Assembly (NCBI GenBank): GCA_016932045.1 | Contig: JAFGDO010000030.1 | Span: 10,172-74,171 of the forward strand | Reading direction: 5' to 3' | DNA from: Candidatus Dojkabacteria bacterium | GTDB taxonomy: Bacteria > Patescibacteriota > Dojkabacteria > JAHIVN01 | Length of the DNA: 64,000 nt | Part shown: piece after piece, positions 37,316 through 47,439 of the stretch | Layout: each line of letters opens with the position of its first letter | Position numbering within the stretch: the stretch's first letter is position 1 | Notes under the pieces: model-generated | Databases searched by the model: none | What the model was told of the DNA's origin: nothing | The model's input: only the letters and a program-made list of their open reading frames with translations | Translations under genes and position numbers: made by a program

Positions 37316-37729
37316 CTATATAACCTCGGCTATCGATTGAGGCTCAAAGCTTAATATGTAAACTTTCCCAGTATCAATTTCCTGAAGAACAGTAGGTCCA
37401 TTTAGCACAGGTAATGTGTAACTCTTCACCATTGTTTCCCCATCACAAGTCTTACCAAGTAAACTATTTGGTACTAGAACTACACCTGCAGTTCCCATAG
37501 CAAAAACCATATCTTCTGAGATTATGGCATTAAATGTATCTCTTGGCACAAACCAGCATCTAGCGCCTTCGGTATCTAATAATAAAACATTGTCACGTTC
37601 AGCTACTTCATATAAAGCCATTACAGATATTGTTCCTTCTCCGTTTCCCGCAAGTGTACATCTTTCTATAGCAAGAGTATACACCCTAAAATCTGTCGTA
37701 TTTGCAACTGTTTCAGCTATTTCTGTCAT
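37316..37729 (-). CDS. Hypothetical protein
   Basis: ORF only; start placed at ATG 37729. Confidence 0.55.
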   Translation of the reverse strand: MTEIAETVANTTDFRVYTLAIERCTLAGNGEGTISVMALYEVAERDNVLLLDTEGARCWFVPRDTFNAIISEDMVFAMGTAGVVLVPNSLLGKTCDGETMVKSYTLPVLNGPTVLQEIDTGKVYILSFEPQSIAEVI

Positions 37730-37916
37730 TGATAATACGTAATATCTTATAGTCAAATTATATCACAGACAAGGCTCTCATATCACATCCGAATCTTCTT
37801 AGAGCTAGTTAAACAATTCATAAATTACTTGATTCTATAAGTATTAATTGAAAAAACAAGCCCCTTTTTAGTATAATACCCCGTGTCATATTTAAATAAC
37901 CGTTATATATATTCAA

Positions 37917-40460
37917 GTGCCACAAGAAATTATTCAGGTCTATAGAACAACCGAATCCGGTAGAGCAAATTTTGCACCTAATGCGGATATTCTAAACGGT
38001 AAAACAATAAGTCTCGGCCAAACCGAACTACAAGCTGGTCGATATTCTGATAACACTATAAGAATGTACATAGATCAGCAGCTACATATTGTGACAACAC
38101 CTCAAGAACTCCAAGAGAGATATAATCTTCGTTTCTTGCCCGAAGAAGTTCAGATGGTCCAAGAATTCCTCCCTAGTCTTTTAAGAGGTCAGCCGCTCAA
38201 GAGTTTAGCAGGCGGTCTAGTCTGGTTTTCGGTTTCGTGTACACTTGTATATGCTGGTATCCAACTTATAAAAGACAATAATATCCAAGTTTCTCGGAGA
38301 ACATTCCTAACTACAGCTGCAATAATCTCTTCACTTTTACTACTTACTGCTTGTGTCACACCCCAAAGTGCAATTCCTACAGACATCACACCGATTCCAG
38401 TAGGAGAATTTACAGATAGTACACAGCCACAACCGACTCCATCAGTTGAAGCTGTCTCAATACCACTATCAGAAGGGATGGATAGTTATTATGCAGATCG
38501 GGATACACCAATAAGTTATGCCATGGGTATAAATGGTTCAACTGAAACAAGACCGCTCCTAGTTACAACTATTGTTGTAAGTGGTATAGAGCAAACTATC
38601 GCAGCATGGCTATCCCACCTTGATAGACAAGCTACTACTTTTCCAGGTAGAATCGGTAGACCTTGGTATACAGCTCCGATTGAAAGGTATCTTAGAGGAA
38701 ATCCCTATGGGCTTGAACTAGGAAATATCAGGAACTGGGAAATTCTCGCTCAAACGACAACAAATACTGATCCACTAAGACAAATAGCCGTTGATATAGC
38801 GAATGGAGCTTTAACTAGAGGCGATTTAGTCGTAACAAATGTATATGAAGTTTTTCAAATAGATCCACATAGAACAAATATCCCTAGAATGGTTATCCGA
38901 GTTGCAAGACCTGATAGTACACAGGCTTGGTTTTTAAAAATACAACCTGATTCAATAGCCATACCAGAATTTACAGGGATCACCCAGATAACCCAGAATC
39001 TCCAAGGAGTTCAGGTTGTTGGAGGACAACAAGTCGTAGTAAATGCTCCAGAATCCGTACTTTTAAGACCTGCCGGAGCCCAAAGAATAACTCTATCTGT
39101 TTCAACAGAAGCAGCTGGTACCAGCCTAGTTGATGCTTTGCAAACAGGGACTATAACACAGCAGCAAGCCGAAGCTATTTACGTCACTTTGAATCGGGGA
39201 AACCTTGCAACTTATGTCCAAACATACCGTGATGGTATGGGACAGAGAGTAGTCGACCTTGCCCCAAGAAACATTGTCATAAATATACATCCTGATGGCC
39301 TGATTGAAGCAAATGTAATTGATGCTGAAGTGCAATGGATGGTCGGAAGAGTAATCCAGCTTCCAGACGGAAGTATAATAGTGTCAAACAAGGTAGCCCG
39401 AGTTATGGAAACAGAACTGCAAACTCACTTAGGAGCAGTTAATCACTTTTCTACGGGGGGAAGTGCCGAAGGTTCTACTCCTGAAGTCCTACTACCTTCT
39501 GATATGGCAGATGGAGTTACACCAACTCATGAAAGAGTCTCTCCAGGACAGGCAACAACGCATCAAGTAACCATAAACGTGGTTGATGCAGATGGTAACG
39601 TAGAGACCGTAATAACCGCAGTTGCAAACGATACTGGAGCTGATGCAGATGTTCCTCTCAACATAACCGTTCCAAGAACAGACCGATTAACTCAGGTACT
39701 CCACGGAGTAAACATTGCATTATCTATACTAGCCGGTATTGCACTAGGAGTCGAGATATCACAAGAAATCGGTATAGACGACCAAGTCGGAGTAAAAGAT
39801 TGGGGGGTATCGGGAGGATCACGGAGGCTTGGTGAGACAGGCGAACAGATTGTATGGGACAGAGCAGTCAATCAGGCTCCACCTCAACCATATGCCGAAT
39901 ACACACGTTTCAGAGAGTCATTGATACAATTTTCCATCGATGGTCCATCCGTTCGGCAAGAATTAAATATACATAATGCAGTTGTGAGCTTAAGAGGCAA
40001 TTTAAATTTAATGACCGGCACTCCTTCGATGGAATTAACTCTTGAAGTCCCAAATGCAAACCCTATACATACCCCACTCAGACTCGATTTAGTGGGACAA
40101 GATGTCATAGCATTCGGCGAGGGAGTAGAACTAACACTTGAGGGAGATACATTTACAGCACAAAGAACAATTATTGATGTCAATCTAACACATGTTACTG
40201 CACTTGAACAATACGATTTAAATGCACTTGATACAGTTACAACCGTTGGAGATTTAAATGCTTTGCTTGCAAGACTTGCACAAAACAACCAAATAGTCGC
40301 GCTAGTTCCTTTTGATTTTGATGCAAACTCTCAAGGGATCCTACTCGTTTCAAAAGTACAACTTCAACCATCGTCTGGAAATCCTCATGAAGTACTCAAC
40401 GCACAAATACTTACTCTAAACCGGGAAAACCAACTAATACCGATAACGATAAGAAGATAA
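37917..40460 (+). CDS. Large hypothetical membrane protein with an internal twin-arginine/lipobox-like segment and a possible kinase-like domain
   Basis: 847-aa ORF with SRRTFL...LLTAC and FLKI...E...DLAPRN...IDAE. Confidence 0.75.
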   Translation: MPQEIIQVYRTTESGRANFAPNADILNGKTISLGQTELQAGRYSDNTIRMYIDQQLHIVTTPQELQERYNLRFLPEEVQMVQEFLPSLLRGQPLKSLAGGLVWFSVSCTLVYAGIQLIKDNNIQVSRRTFLTTAAIISSLLLLTACVTPQSAIPTDITPIPVGEFTDSTQPQPTPSVEAVSIPLSEGMDSYYADRDTPISYAMGINGSTETRPLLVTTIVVSGIEQTIAAWLSHLDRQATTFPGRIGRPWYTAPIERYLRGNPYGLELGNIRNWEILAQTTTNTDPLRQIAVDIANGALTRGDLVVTNVYEVFQIDPHRTNIPRMVIRVARPDSTQAWFLKIQPDSIAIPEFTGITQITQNLQGVQVVGGQQVVVNAPESVLLRPAGAQRITLSVSTEAAGTSLVDALQTGTITQQQAEAIYVTLNRGNLATYVQTYRDGMGQRVVDLAPRNIVINIHPDGLIEANVIDAEVQWMVGRVIQLPDGSIIVSNKVARVMETELQTHLGAVNHFSTGGSAEGSTPEVLLPSDMADGVTPTHERVSPGQATTHQVTINVVDADGNVETVITAVANDTGADADVPLNITVPRTDRLTQVLHGVNIALSILAGIALGVEISQEIGIDDQVGVKDWGVSGGSRRLGETGEQIVWDRAVNQAPPQPYAEYTRFRESLIQFSIDGPSVRQELNIHNAVVSLRGNLNLMTGTPSMELTLEVPNANPIHTPLRLDLVGQDVIAFGEGVELTLEGDTFTAQRTIIDVNLTHVTALEQYDLNALDTVTTVGDLNALLARLAQNNQIVALVPFDFDANSQGILLVSKVQLQPSSGNPHEVLNAQILTLNRENQLIPITIRR

Positions 40461-40474
40461 ATAGGATCTTTCCC

Positions 40475-40672
40475 TCACTCCACCTCCTCAGACTTACTAC
40501 CACCCCGTTGGGATGTCTCTCTTAACCATCTTACACTTTCCTCTATATCACTTTCTGTTGGAGATTGATCTTTTACCCAATTACGTGCTATTTGTTCTGC
40601 CTCTGGGATAGTATATCCCAGATCAAGATCTAATATTCTCTGAACAGCATTCCTAAATTCCTCTTCTCCCAT
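40475..40672 (-). CDS. Small hypothetical protein
   Basis: 65-aa ORF co-oriented just after the DUF2207 gene. Confidence 0.55.
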   Translation of the reverse strand: MGEEEFRNAVQRILDLDLGYTIPEAEQIARNWVKDQSPTESDIEESVRWLRETSQRGGSKSEEVE

Positions 40673-40690
40673 AGAATTAAAAAACTTAAT

Positions 40691-42709
40691 TTACGACATT
40701 CCACCACCACCACCACCACCTCCTCCTCCTGAAAATCCACCAGAGAAACCACCGCCTCCACTCCATCCTCCACCACTAAAGCCGCTTCCCGAGCTTCTTG
40801 GAGATGATGCCATCACACTACTTACATTTCTGTTCATTGAGGAAATCGAATTTACAAAGTGTATAGTATTAAATGTGGTCCAGGGATCACGTCCCTCATA
40901 CCAACTAGGCGGCTGTGTGTATATATCCTTGAAATTTTCAGCCCACTGTTTTTCAACCCCAAAAACCATGGCATACGGCAGGAATCTCTCAAAAGTTTCC
41001 GGCGTTAACTTCTGCATCCTAAATCTTTCCGCCGTATGTAGAAACATTCTAAATCCTTGACACTTCTCGTAAATGTCTGTACCAACGGCAGTTTTAGCCG
41101 GCATAAAGAAAGAGAATATTATCTTTACGATACCTGCAACAAAAAGTGATGGGCCACAGGCGAAAATCATCACGAACGCCAATCCAATTGATAAGCCTAT
41201 TCCAAGTATCAATAGAACTATACCAATACCAAGATGCTTTGCTCTTACCTTGTCTGGACGTTTAGCAAAATACCCCCGCTTTTCCATCTCAGCATAAACT
41301 TCATTATTTATTCCTGGAATCTTTAGGTAAAACTTATTCTGTAGTTCTGTTGTAGTAACTGAATCCTTAACTCCAAAAATATCCTGTAGGATTTTAAGCT
41401 CAACTGAATCTAACACCGTATAGTCAATTCTTCTACCCGCAATCGGCTCTTGTGCATGGAACTCTTTGAGCTTTATAAGTTCGTACTTCTTCTTACCTGT
41501 CTCTTTTATCTTGATAAACCCACGGACTGCTGCATTTATAATAGTAGAAGTAATATCTTTCAGGTGAACTTTTTCGTCTTTTATAGACCCAACCATCACA
41601 GGAGAAATGCCGGCTGGTGGTTTAAACCATGGAACTATTGTCTTGCGCCCGCCAATATCTTTCCCCTTTCTCATATAGTTCATGACAATGAGTACGATTA
41701 TCCCAAGCCCCCCAAAGCAAGATAAAACATTACCCAGGACAATGACCACATATATCATTATTTGAAGTGTAGTCATCTCAAGATGAACTTTTAAATCTTT
41801 CTCTTCCCCTGGATCTAGAGTTAATGTAAATTCCTGAGGTTTGTATCCTGATGCTACGAATTCTAGCTTATGAGTTCCGGGAGGAATTCCTGCAAAACTC
41901 TCTTTAACATTTAGAATTTCGATTCCATCAACTGTCATATTCTGCTGTTTAGGTGAAAGGTCAAGATTCAAAGTCGCATATTCTTCAATGATACCCTTTG
42001 GAAATTTAAGCAGCACAGTAAAATCCTCATAAGCGAGTAAATTTTCAGCAGTTAATGAAAGCTCATGTCTGTATCCGTCATAGTCAGAGTTATAAGTGTA
42101 TTCTCCTATACCTGCAAAAACCCTTAAGTTGCTGTCTTTATAATCAATATCATCCGGGAAAGTAATATCAAATGAAGCACTTTCAATTATATATTCTCTG
42201 TCAGGATAAAAAACATCCCAATAAAACATGTCGTAATCTTCGAAATATCCAAGTCCGCCATAAACCTTATATTCAACTGTCCAAGTAAAAAGATCATTAT
42301 TAAATTTACGACCTTCTGGTGCATACTCCCATTCAATCTTCAATCTATCTTCCACAGAATAAGATACTTCTTGTAATGTGTATTCATTTTCATCCAACTT
42401 GCGGCCCTTGCTATCGTAAACTCCAGTCACGGTAATATATGAAAATCCTCCACACTGCAGAGCCGGATTAGCATGGCACTTCTCAACTGCATCTTTATCT
42501 TCGAGGGTAATCTCCCTATAAATTCTATGGAATTCCCCTGTGGCCCGATACGAGATAGTCTCTGAAACATCAAATGTCGAGTCGGCATTTACAACTACTG
42601 AAACATCATAATTCTCAATATACAATGTGCCGTCAGCTTCAACCTTTCTTGCTGGAAAAGTTATCAGAAGAAATAAGAATGTAAGGGGTACAAGAAGTAA
42701 CTTCTTCAT
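40691..42709 (-). CDS. DUF2207 membrane protein with a PEGA-like insertion
   Basis: YDVSVVVNAD..DVSETI, FYWD, FERFLPYAMVFGV and a Gly-rich tail; adjacent to lemA. Confidence 0.9.
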   Translation of the reverse strand: MKKLLLVPLTFLFLLITFPARKVEADGTLYIENYDVSVVVNADSTFDVSETISYRATGEFHRIYREITLEDKDAVEKCHANPALQCGGFSYITVTGVYDSKGRKLDENEYTLQEVSYSVEDRLKIEWEYAPEGRKFNNDLFTWTVEYKVYGGLGYFEDYDMFYWDVFYPDREYIIESASFDITFPDDIDYKDSNLRVFAGIGEYTYNSDYDGYRHELSLTAENLLAYEDFTVLLKFPKGIIEEYATLNLDLSPKQQNMTVDGIEILNVKESFAGIPPGTHKLEFVASGYKPQEFTLTLDPGEEKDLKVHLEMTTLQIMIYVVIVLGNVLSCFGGLGIIVLIVMNYMRKGKDIGGRKTIVPWFKPPAGISPVMVGSIKDEKVHLKDITSTIINAAVRGFIKIKETGKKKYELIKLKEFHAQEPIAGRRIDYTVLDSVELKILQDIFGVKDSVTTTELQNKFYLKIPGINNEVYAEMEKRGYFAKRPDKVRAKHLGIGIVLLILGIGLSIGLAFVMIFACGPSLFVAGIVKIIFSFFMPAKTAVGTDIYEKCQGFRMFLHTAERFRMQKLTPETFERFLPYAMVFGVEKQWAENFKDIYTQPPSWYEGRDPWTTFNTIHFVNSISSMNRNVSSVMASSPRSSGSGFSGGGWSGGGGFSGGFSGGGGGGGGGGMS

Positions 42710-42782
42710 AAATCTTTTTATTCAAAGGCAAATAAGAAAAGGTTTATTCAAGCCAGTATCTGTTTCTTTCTGTTCAGCAGTT

Positions 42783-43406
42783 TTACTCCTTAGATTTTTC
42801 CGCACTCTCCGAAGAATCCTCATCAGAAAAATCAACTTTTACAGCCTTCTTTTCTTCTTCGGTTGCCTCGAAAAACTCTCTTGCTTTAAATCCTAAAAGA
42901 CCAGCAATTAAATTCGTAGGAAATACCTGCAGCTTCATATTAAAGTCACGAACAGCACCATTATAGTATCTTCGTGCTCCCTGCACTTCTTCCTCAATAC
43001 TTGAGAGTTCATCCTGCAGTTTCATAAAGTTCTCATTTGCTTTAAGTTCAGGATAATTCTCAGCAACAGCAAAAACAGTTTTAAGTGTATTTGCTAGTTC
43101 GGCATCAGCTTTACCAATCTCTTCTGGCCCTTTTGCACTCATTGCTGCAGTCCTTAGTTCGGTTACTTTTTCGAATAGTTTCTTCTCATGCTTTGCATAA
43201 CCTTTAACAGTCTCCACCAAGTTCGGGATAAGGTCATACCTTCTTTTTAGTTGAACGTCAATTCCGCTCCACGCCTCCTCTACAAGGACACGAAGTTTAA
43301 CAAGTCCATTGTAGACAGAAATGAGATATCCGATTACTACTACAAGAAGTACAAGAGGACAGCAAAGAAGTAGCAATGCAACTCCCGATAAACCAAATAG
43401 TTCCAT
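42783..43406 (-). CDS. lemA: LemA family protein
   Basis: YNGLV, IDVQLKRRYDLIPNLVETVKGY, AENYPELKAN and RRYYN motifs. Confidence 0.95.
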   Translation of the reverse strand: MELFGLSGVALLLLCCPLVLLVVVIGYLISVYNGLVKLRVLVEEAWSGIDVQLKRRYDLIPNLVETVKGYAKHEKKLFEKVTELRTAAMSAKGPEEIGKADAELANTLKTVFAVAENYPELKANENFMKLQDELSSIEEEVQGARRYYNGAVRDFNMKLQVFPTNLIAGLLGFKAREFFEATEEEKKAVKVDFSDEDSSESAEKSKE

Positions 43407-43540
43407 CTGTTTTTAAATTAAAAAGTAAAATTACTGCTAAGACACTATATCTTTTCTGGTAAGGAATTGTCAAATTTGTAAGCACGAATAGGCCTACGCC
43501 AACTAAGTCCTTCGTACTTCGTATTTAGAAAATATGTAAA

Positions 43541-43624
43541 TGCCGGGGAAGGGATTTGAACCCTTACCTCCTTGCGAAGACTACGTTCTGAACGTAGCGC
43601 GTCTACCAGTTCCGCCACCCCGGC
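43541..43624 (-). tRNA. tRNA-Leu(CAG)
   Basis: GCCGGGG/CCCCGGC acceptor stem, CTACG-TTCAGAA-CGTAG anticodon arm, long variable arm, AAGGG-TTCAAAT-CCCTT T-arm. Confidence 0.95.
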
Positions 43625-43634
43625 ACGTAGAAGG

Positions 43635-43718
43635 GTCTACCAATTCCAGCATTCTGGCATTGAGGCAAGCAGGTCTACCAGCTTGTCAGACAAAGTCTGA
43701 TTCTGCCACTGGCTGGTC
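43635..43718 (-). pseudogene. Two relic tRNA-Leu 5' fragments upstream of the intact tRNA
   Basis: GCCAGAATGCTGGAATTGGTAGAC (43635-43658) and GCCAGTGGCAGAA[TCAGACTTTGTCTGACAAG]CTGGTAGAC. Confidence 0.55.
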
Positions 43719-43892
43719 TTAGAAACCAATTATACACTAACTGCTTTCATATTTAATACTCTGAATTGGAATAGTTGTTAAATCAGAAGCTTAAGTTTCG
43801 TACTTTAAGTTTACGATTTGCTTGAAATTTCGAATTTAGAATTTAGGATTTATTTAGAGTTTAAAGTTTAGAATTTATAATTTCCGGTTTAT

Positions 43893-45716
43893 CTACTCTA
43901 TATACCATTCCGTCACAGATAGATATCTGTCCTCAGGAACAGACATTTGTGAAAGATCAATGCCCTTTACTCTTGCATGTACAACGTAAGTAAATACAGG
44001 GTGGTATAGAAATACAACAGGACAATCATCAAGCAGCATTTCCTGGAACTTTTGGTACCCAATAGAAAGACCTCCAGCACCATTGCGTTTCTTTTGATCA
44101 AGACTACTACGTCCGTTTTCCAACGCAGCATCGACAAGACTTACCCTTTCAAGTTCCTTGGCTTCACCGATAACAGCTCCCTTCTTCTCTGAAACATAGG
44201 ACGAAATATTTAACCCTGGATAGTTAATTGCTTCGCTATGCCACAACCTGATCCTATCCGGATCAATTGGAGTCTCAACACCATAAAGCACAGCTTCGAA
44301 GTTTCTCGTAGCGACAAGCGCCTCATTCAGATCACTACTGCTTCGAGGATCTAAGTTTACTATAATTCCAAGTTTTTCAAGATCGCTCTTAATTGATTCG
44401 GTGATCAACTGTCTTTCGTTTTTTTCAAGATAGGAAAGTTCAAAACGTAAGACTTCGTCACCTTTTATCCTTACTGTCTTTCCCCCAATCTCCTTCTGCT
44501 CCCACCCGGCGTTTTCAAGAAGTTCTTTGGCTTTTGTTGGATCATAAAGGTATCTCTGAGCATCCTCGTTGTAAGCCCATGAATTCTTCTGTATAGGTCC
44601 GAGTGCTTCCTCTCCTGCAGTCTCTACCTGCTCTATGATAAGGTCTCGATTGATAGTAGAAGATATAGCCTGTCTGACAGCTTTATCCTTGAATATAGAA
44701 GGGCCGCCTTCTTTCAGATTAAAATAGATTGCCCAATACCTCCTGTAAAGAGTTGTACTTTTTACTTTTGTCATATTCGGCCAGTAAGCAAGATCAGACA
44801 GAATCGCAGTAGAAGGATCTGTCAAGATGTGAATTCTCCCATTCTTCAAAGCATCAACAGCTTCATCTCCTGTTTTAAACATTCTTATATGAATCTCACT
44901 AATCTTTGGCAGACTTTCAAAATAGTGCTCATTTGAAGCAAGAACAATTGTAAAATCCTTCCATGATTTAAAGATAAACGGACCCGTCCCGATCGGCTTC
45001 AAATTAAATCTTGCCCAGCTAAATGTGGATAGACTAACATTCTCGAGTATATGTTTGGGCAAGATTCCAAACTCAATGTCTTCAAAAAATGTAGGAACAA
45101 TCTCTTCAAGTCTAAAGATAATAGTGTAATTATCCGCCTTTATAACCTCCATCTTCTGAGCAAGTTCGGCTTCTTTACTTACTATGCTTTTTTCCTCCCC
45201 ACCTCCTAACGCCCTCAATGCTTCAAATGTTGCCAAAACATCATCAGCTGTAAACTTCTCACCGTCATGCCAGTAAACATCATCCCTCAAGTAAAACTTA
45301 TACTCCTTCCCACCTTCTTCAACACTCTCCCACGAACGTGCTAGTACTCCCTGGACTTCACCACTTGGGTTAACTCTTACTAAAGGAAGATAAATAAGTC
45401 TTGCAAGATCAACCTCGAGTTGATTATTAGTAGGAATTATTGGATTGATTCGCGAAAGGGTGCTGTCCCCGATAATGACCCCTTCTACCAAAATATCATT
45501 TTGCCACCTTACAAATCCCAAAGATTTCGAATTGCCTAGTGTCACAACTGTGACAAAAAAAATAACAAAAATCAGTATGTGGCTGACTGGCCTCAGCTTT
45601 TTGTAGAGTACAAATAAGTTATAAATGAAACCGCTTTTACCAAATATGCTCTCTGGATAGTTCCAAAAAAAAATTCTAATTTTTGATACTAGACTCTCCT
45701 TTTGGGGAATAATCAT
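43893..45716 (-). CDS. Peptide ABC transporter substrate-binding protein (family 5), membrane anchored
   Basis: LA.SWE, YLRDDVYWHDGEKFTADDV, PIGTGPF and VRQAIS motifs. Confidence 0.9.
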   Translation of the reverse strand: MIIPQKESLVSKIRIFFWNYPESIFGKSGFIYNLFVLYKKLRPVSHILIFVIFFVTVVTLGNSKSLGFVRWQNDILVEGVIIGDSTLSRINPIIPTNNQLEVDLARLIYLPLVRVNPSGEVQGVLARSWESVEEGGKEYKFYLRDDVYWHDGEKFTADDVLATFEALRALGGGEEKSIVSKEAELAQKMEVIKADNYTIIFRLEEIVPTFFEDIEFGILPKHILENVSLSTFSWARFNLKPIGTGPFIFKSWKDFTIVLASNEHYFESLPKISEIHIRMFKTGDEAVDALKNGRIHILTDPSTAILSDLAYWPNMTKVKSTTLYRRYWAIYFNLKEGGPSIFKDKAVRQAISSTINRDLIIEQVETAGEEALGPIQKNSWAYNEDAQRYLYDPTKAKELLENAGWEQKEIGGKTVRIKGDEVLRFELSYLEKNERQLITESIKSDLEKLGIIVNLDPRSSSDLNEALVATRNFEAVLYGVETPIDPDRIRLWHSEAINYPGLNISSYVSEKKGAVIGEAKELERVSLVDAALENGRSSLDQKKRNGAGGLSIGYQKFQEMLLDDCPVVFLYHPVFTYVVHARVKGIDLSQMSVPEDRYLSVTEWYIE

Positions 45717-45730
45717 TCTTTATAGTAAAC

Positions 45731-45961
45731 TTAAGCATAAAGATAAGCTAATGCTATACAGTTTGAAACAAAAAGAATAGAAAGAATAATTGTAGCTCTG
45801 TACAAAAACTGTTCAATACCCCTCTTTGATCTGTAGAATTCACCCCCAACACTCCCAAAAATACTGCCTAAACCAGCACCTCTAACCTGGAGAAGTATTG
45901 AGATAATAAGAAGAACACTTAAAGTTATCTGTATAATCAGCAATATCGTCTTTATTTCCAT
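45731..45961 (-). CDS. secG: Preprotein translocase subunit SecG
   Basis: ILLQ.RGAGLGS.FG, RG.E.FL and two TMs. Confidence 0.9.
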   Translation of the reverse strand: MEIKTILLIIQITLSVLLIISILLQVRGAGLGSIFGSVGGEFYRSKRGIEQFLYRATIILSILFVSNCIALAYLYA

Positions 45962-46112
45962 TAAAAGCAAAGCATAACATGTAAATTAAGTTACAACCAC
46001 TTTTCTATTTTATAACTAACTAACTGAATTGTATCGTGTATACAATGAGCTTGTCGAATTGAAGAATTTCAATCCTGAAAAAAGTTGAAGGATTGAAATT
46101 CCCGAACGGAAA

Positions 46113-46529
46113 TTAATCACGACCCGAATTCTTTTCAAGCCACATCAGTGCAGAAGACAAAATTCCTGCAGTGAGTCCTCCGACAAGAACATTTCCAATC
46201 ATATTTAAGTTGACTGTCGGTACAGTAAAATATCTGTTTGATAATCCTACTAACTCGCCGTCTTTGAAATCGATAAACGGGATACCAATATTCAAAATAA
46301 AAAAAATCATGATAGATAACATAATCGAAACAAAGAACAAAGTAATGAATTTGACCGGCAAAGTAAAAAATTTAATTAAAGGCTCAACCGCAAGCATAAC
46401 AAGTCCAAATATTCCTCCACAGATGACAAATCCTAAAACGCCCTCATTTATCTCTATACCAGAGAACATATCCGAAACAACCCAGAAGAGCAGCAAATTT
46501 ATTATTATAGTAAGCACCTTCTTTTTCAT
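46113..46529 (-). CDS. 4-TMS phage-holin-family (YvlD-like) membrane protein
   Basis: VEPLIKFFTLPVKFIT motif and four TMs. Confidence 0.75.
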   Translation of the reverse strand: MKKKVLTIIINLLLFWVVSDMFSGIEINEGVLGFVICGGIFGLVMLAVEPLIKFFTLPVKFITLFFVSIMLSIMIFFILNIGIPFIDFKDGELVGLSNRYFTVPTVNLNMIGNVLVGGLTAGILSSALMWLEKNSGRD

Positions 46530-46674
46530 CTTGCTTGGTCTCTAAAACTAATTATAATTCGATTTGAATTATAACATCAAACATGAGAAGAATGAAATCT
46601 ATTGCGAAGCATGGACACAATCTTTACAAATCCCTCTGAAAATGTAATCATTACAATACTATTAGAGTACCCTA

Positions 46675-47352
46675 ATGTCGAAACTAGTCCCTGAAGTAGT
46701 AGCACAATCTGAACCCACTTTCCCTTATGAGGGGCCCTGGGAACAACCCGGTCCTGAACCGACACCGCCTGGTGAGGCTATAGTAAAATTGACATCTGAT
46801 ACATCCTCTCTTCAAATTGATCAGACAGTTACTTGTGATCTAAGAATTGAAAGTGGAAACGAGGAAATTCAGAATTATTCCATAAGCCTCTCATTCAATT
46901 CGTCCATTCTTGAAGTAGTTGATGCCGATACAACTCAGTCCGGAGTCCAGATAAATTTCCTTGATTCTTTCTCAACCCTGAATACAAACACAGCTGATAA
47001 CAGTGCCGGAACAATAACGATAACTGCAAGCATATCGGGAGCTGCACAGACCATAAATCGAAGACTTGCTCAAATAACATTCAAGGCAAAAAGAAGCGGA
47101 ACAAGTATAGTTAGTGTAAACAAAGCTCAAAGTAGTGTTATGAATGATGTCAGTCAAGATGTACTTGGTACTACAACAAGCCTAAACTTTACAGTTACAG
47201 GCCAGACTCAAACAACAGACGAAGATCAGTTGCCTTCTAGTGGCTTATCTGACGTTCTTGCTACCTTCGGAAGCGCTACAGCTGCCTTATTGATGCTTTT
47301 TATCGGCATCAAGGCTTTAGTTGAAAGAAAAAAGGAAAAAGAACCCCTTTAA
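46675..47352 (+). CDS. Cohesin-like domain protein with C-terminal LPxSG and TM anchor
   Basis: LSFNSSILEVVDAD....GVQI, LAQITFKAK.SG, then LPSSG followed by a hydrophobic and basic tail. Confidence 0.8.
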   Translation: MSKLVPEVVAQSEPTFPYEGPWEQPGPEPTPPGEAIVKLTSDTSSLQIDQTVTCDLRIESGNEEIQNYSISLSFNSSILEVVDADTTQSGVQINFLDSFSTLNTNTADNSAGTITITASISGAAQTINRRLAQITFKAKRSGTSIVSVNKAQSSVMNDVSQDVLGTTTSLNFTVTGQTQTTDEDQLPSSGLSDVLATFGSATAALLMLFIGIKALVERKKEKEPL

Positions 47353-47439
47353 CCTACCTATTACCTTATGCTTGTTGCTTTCCCCCTTATGCTTTCTCCC
47401 TTCAATATCGTATAATTCAATAAATTTAAACGAATAAAT

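Noticed and set aside
43540-43722. 60-aa ORF
   Set aside because: Antisense to tRNA-Leu.
46113-46529. Prophage suggested by the holin-family gene
   Set aside because: No phage genes nearby; it lies in a housekeeping context beside secG.
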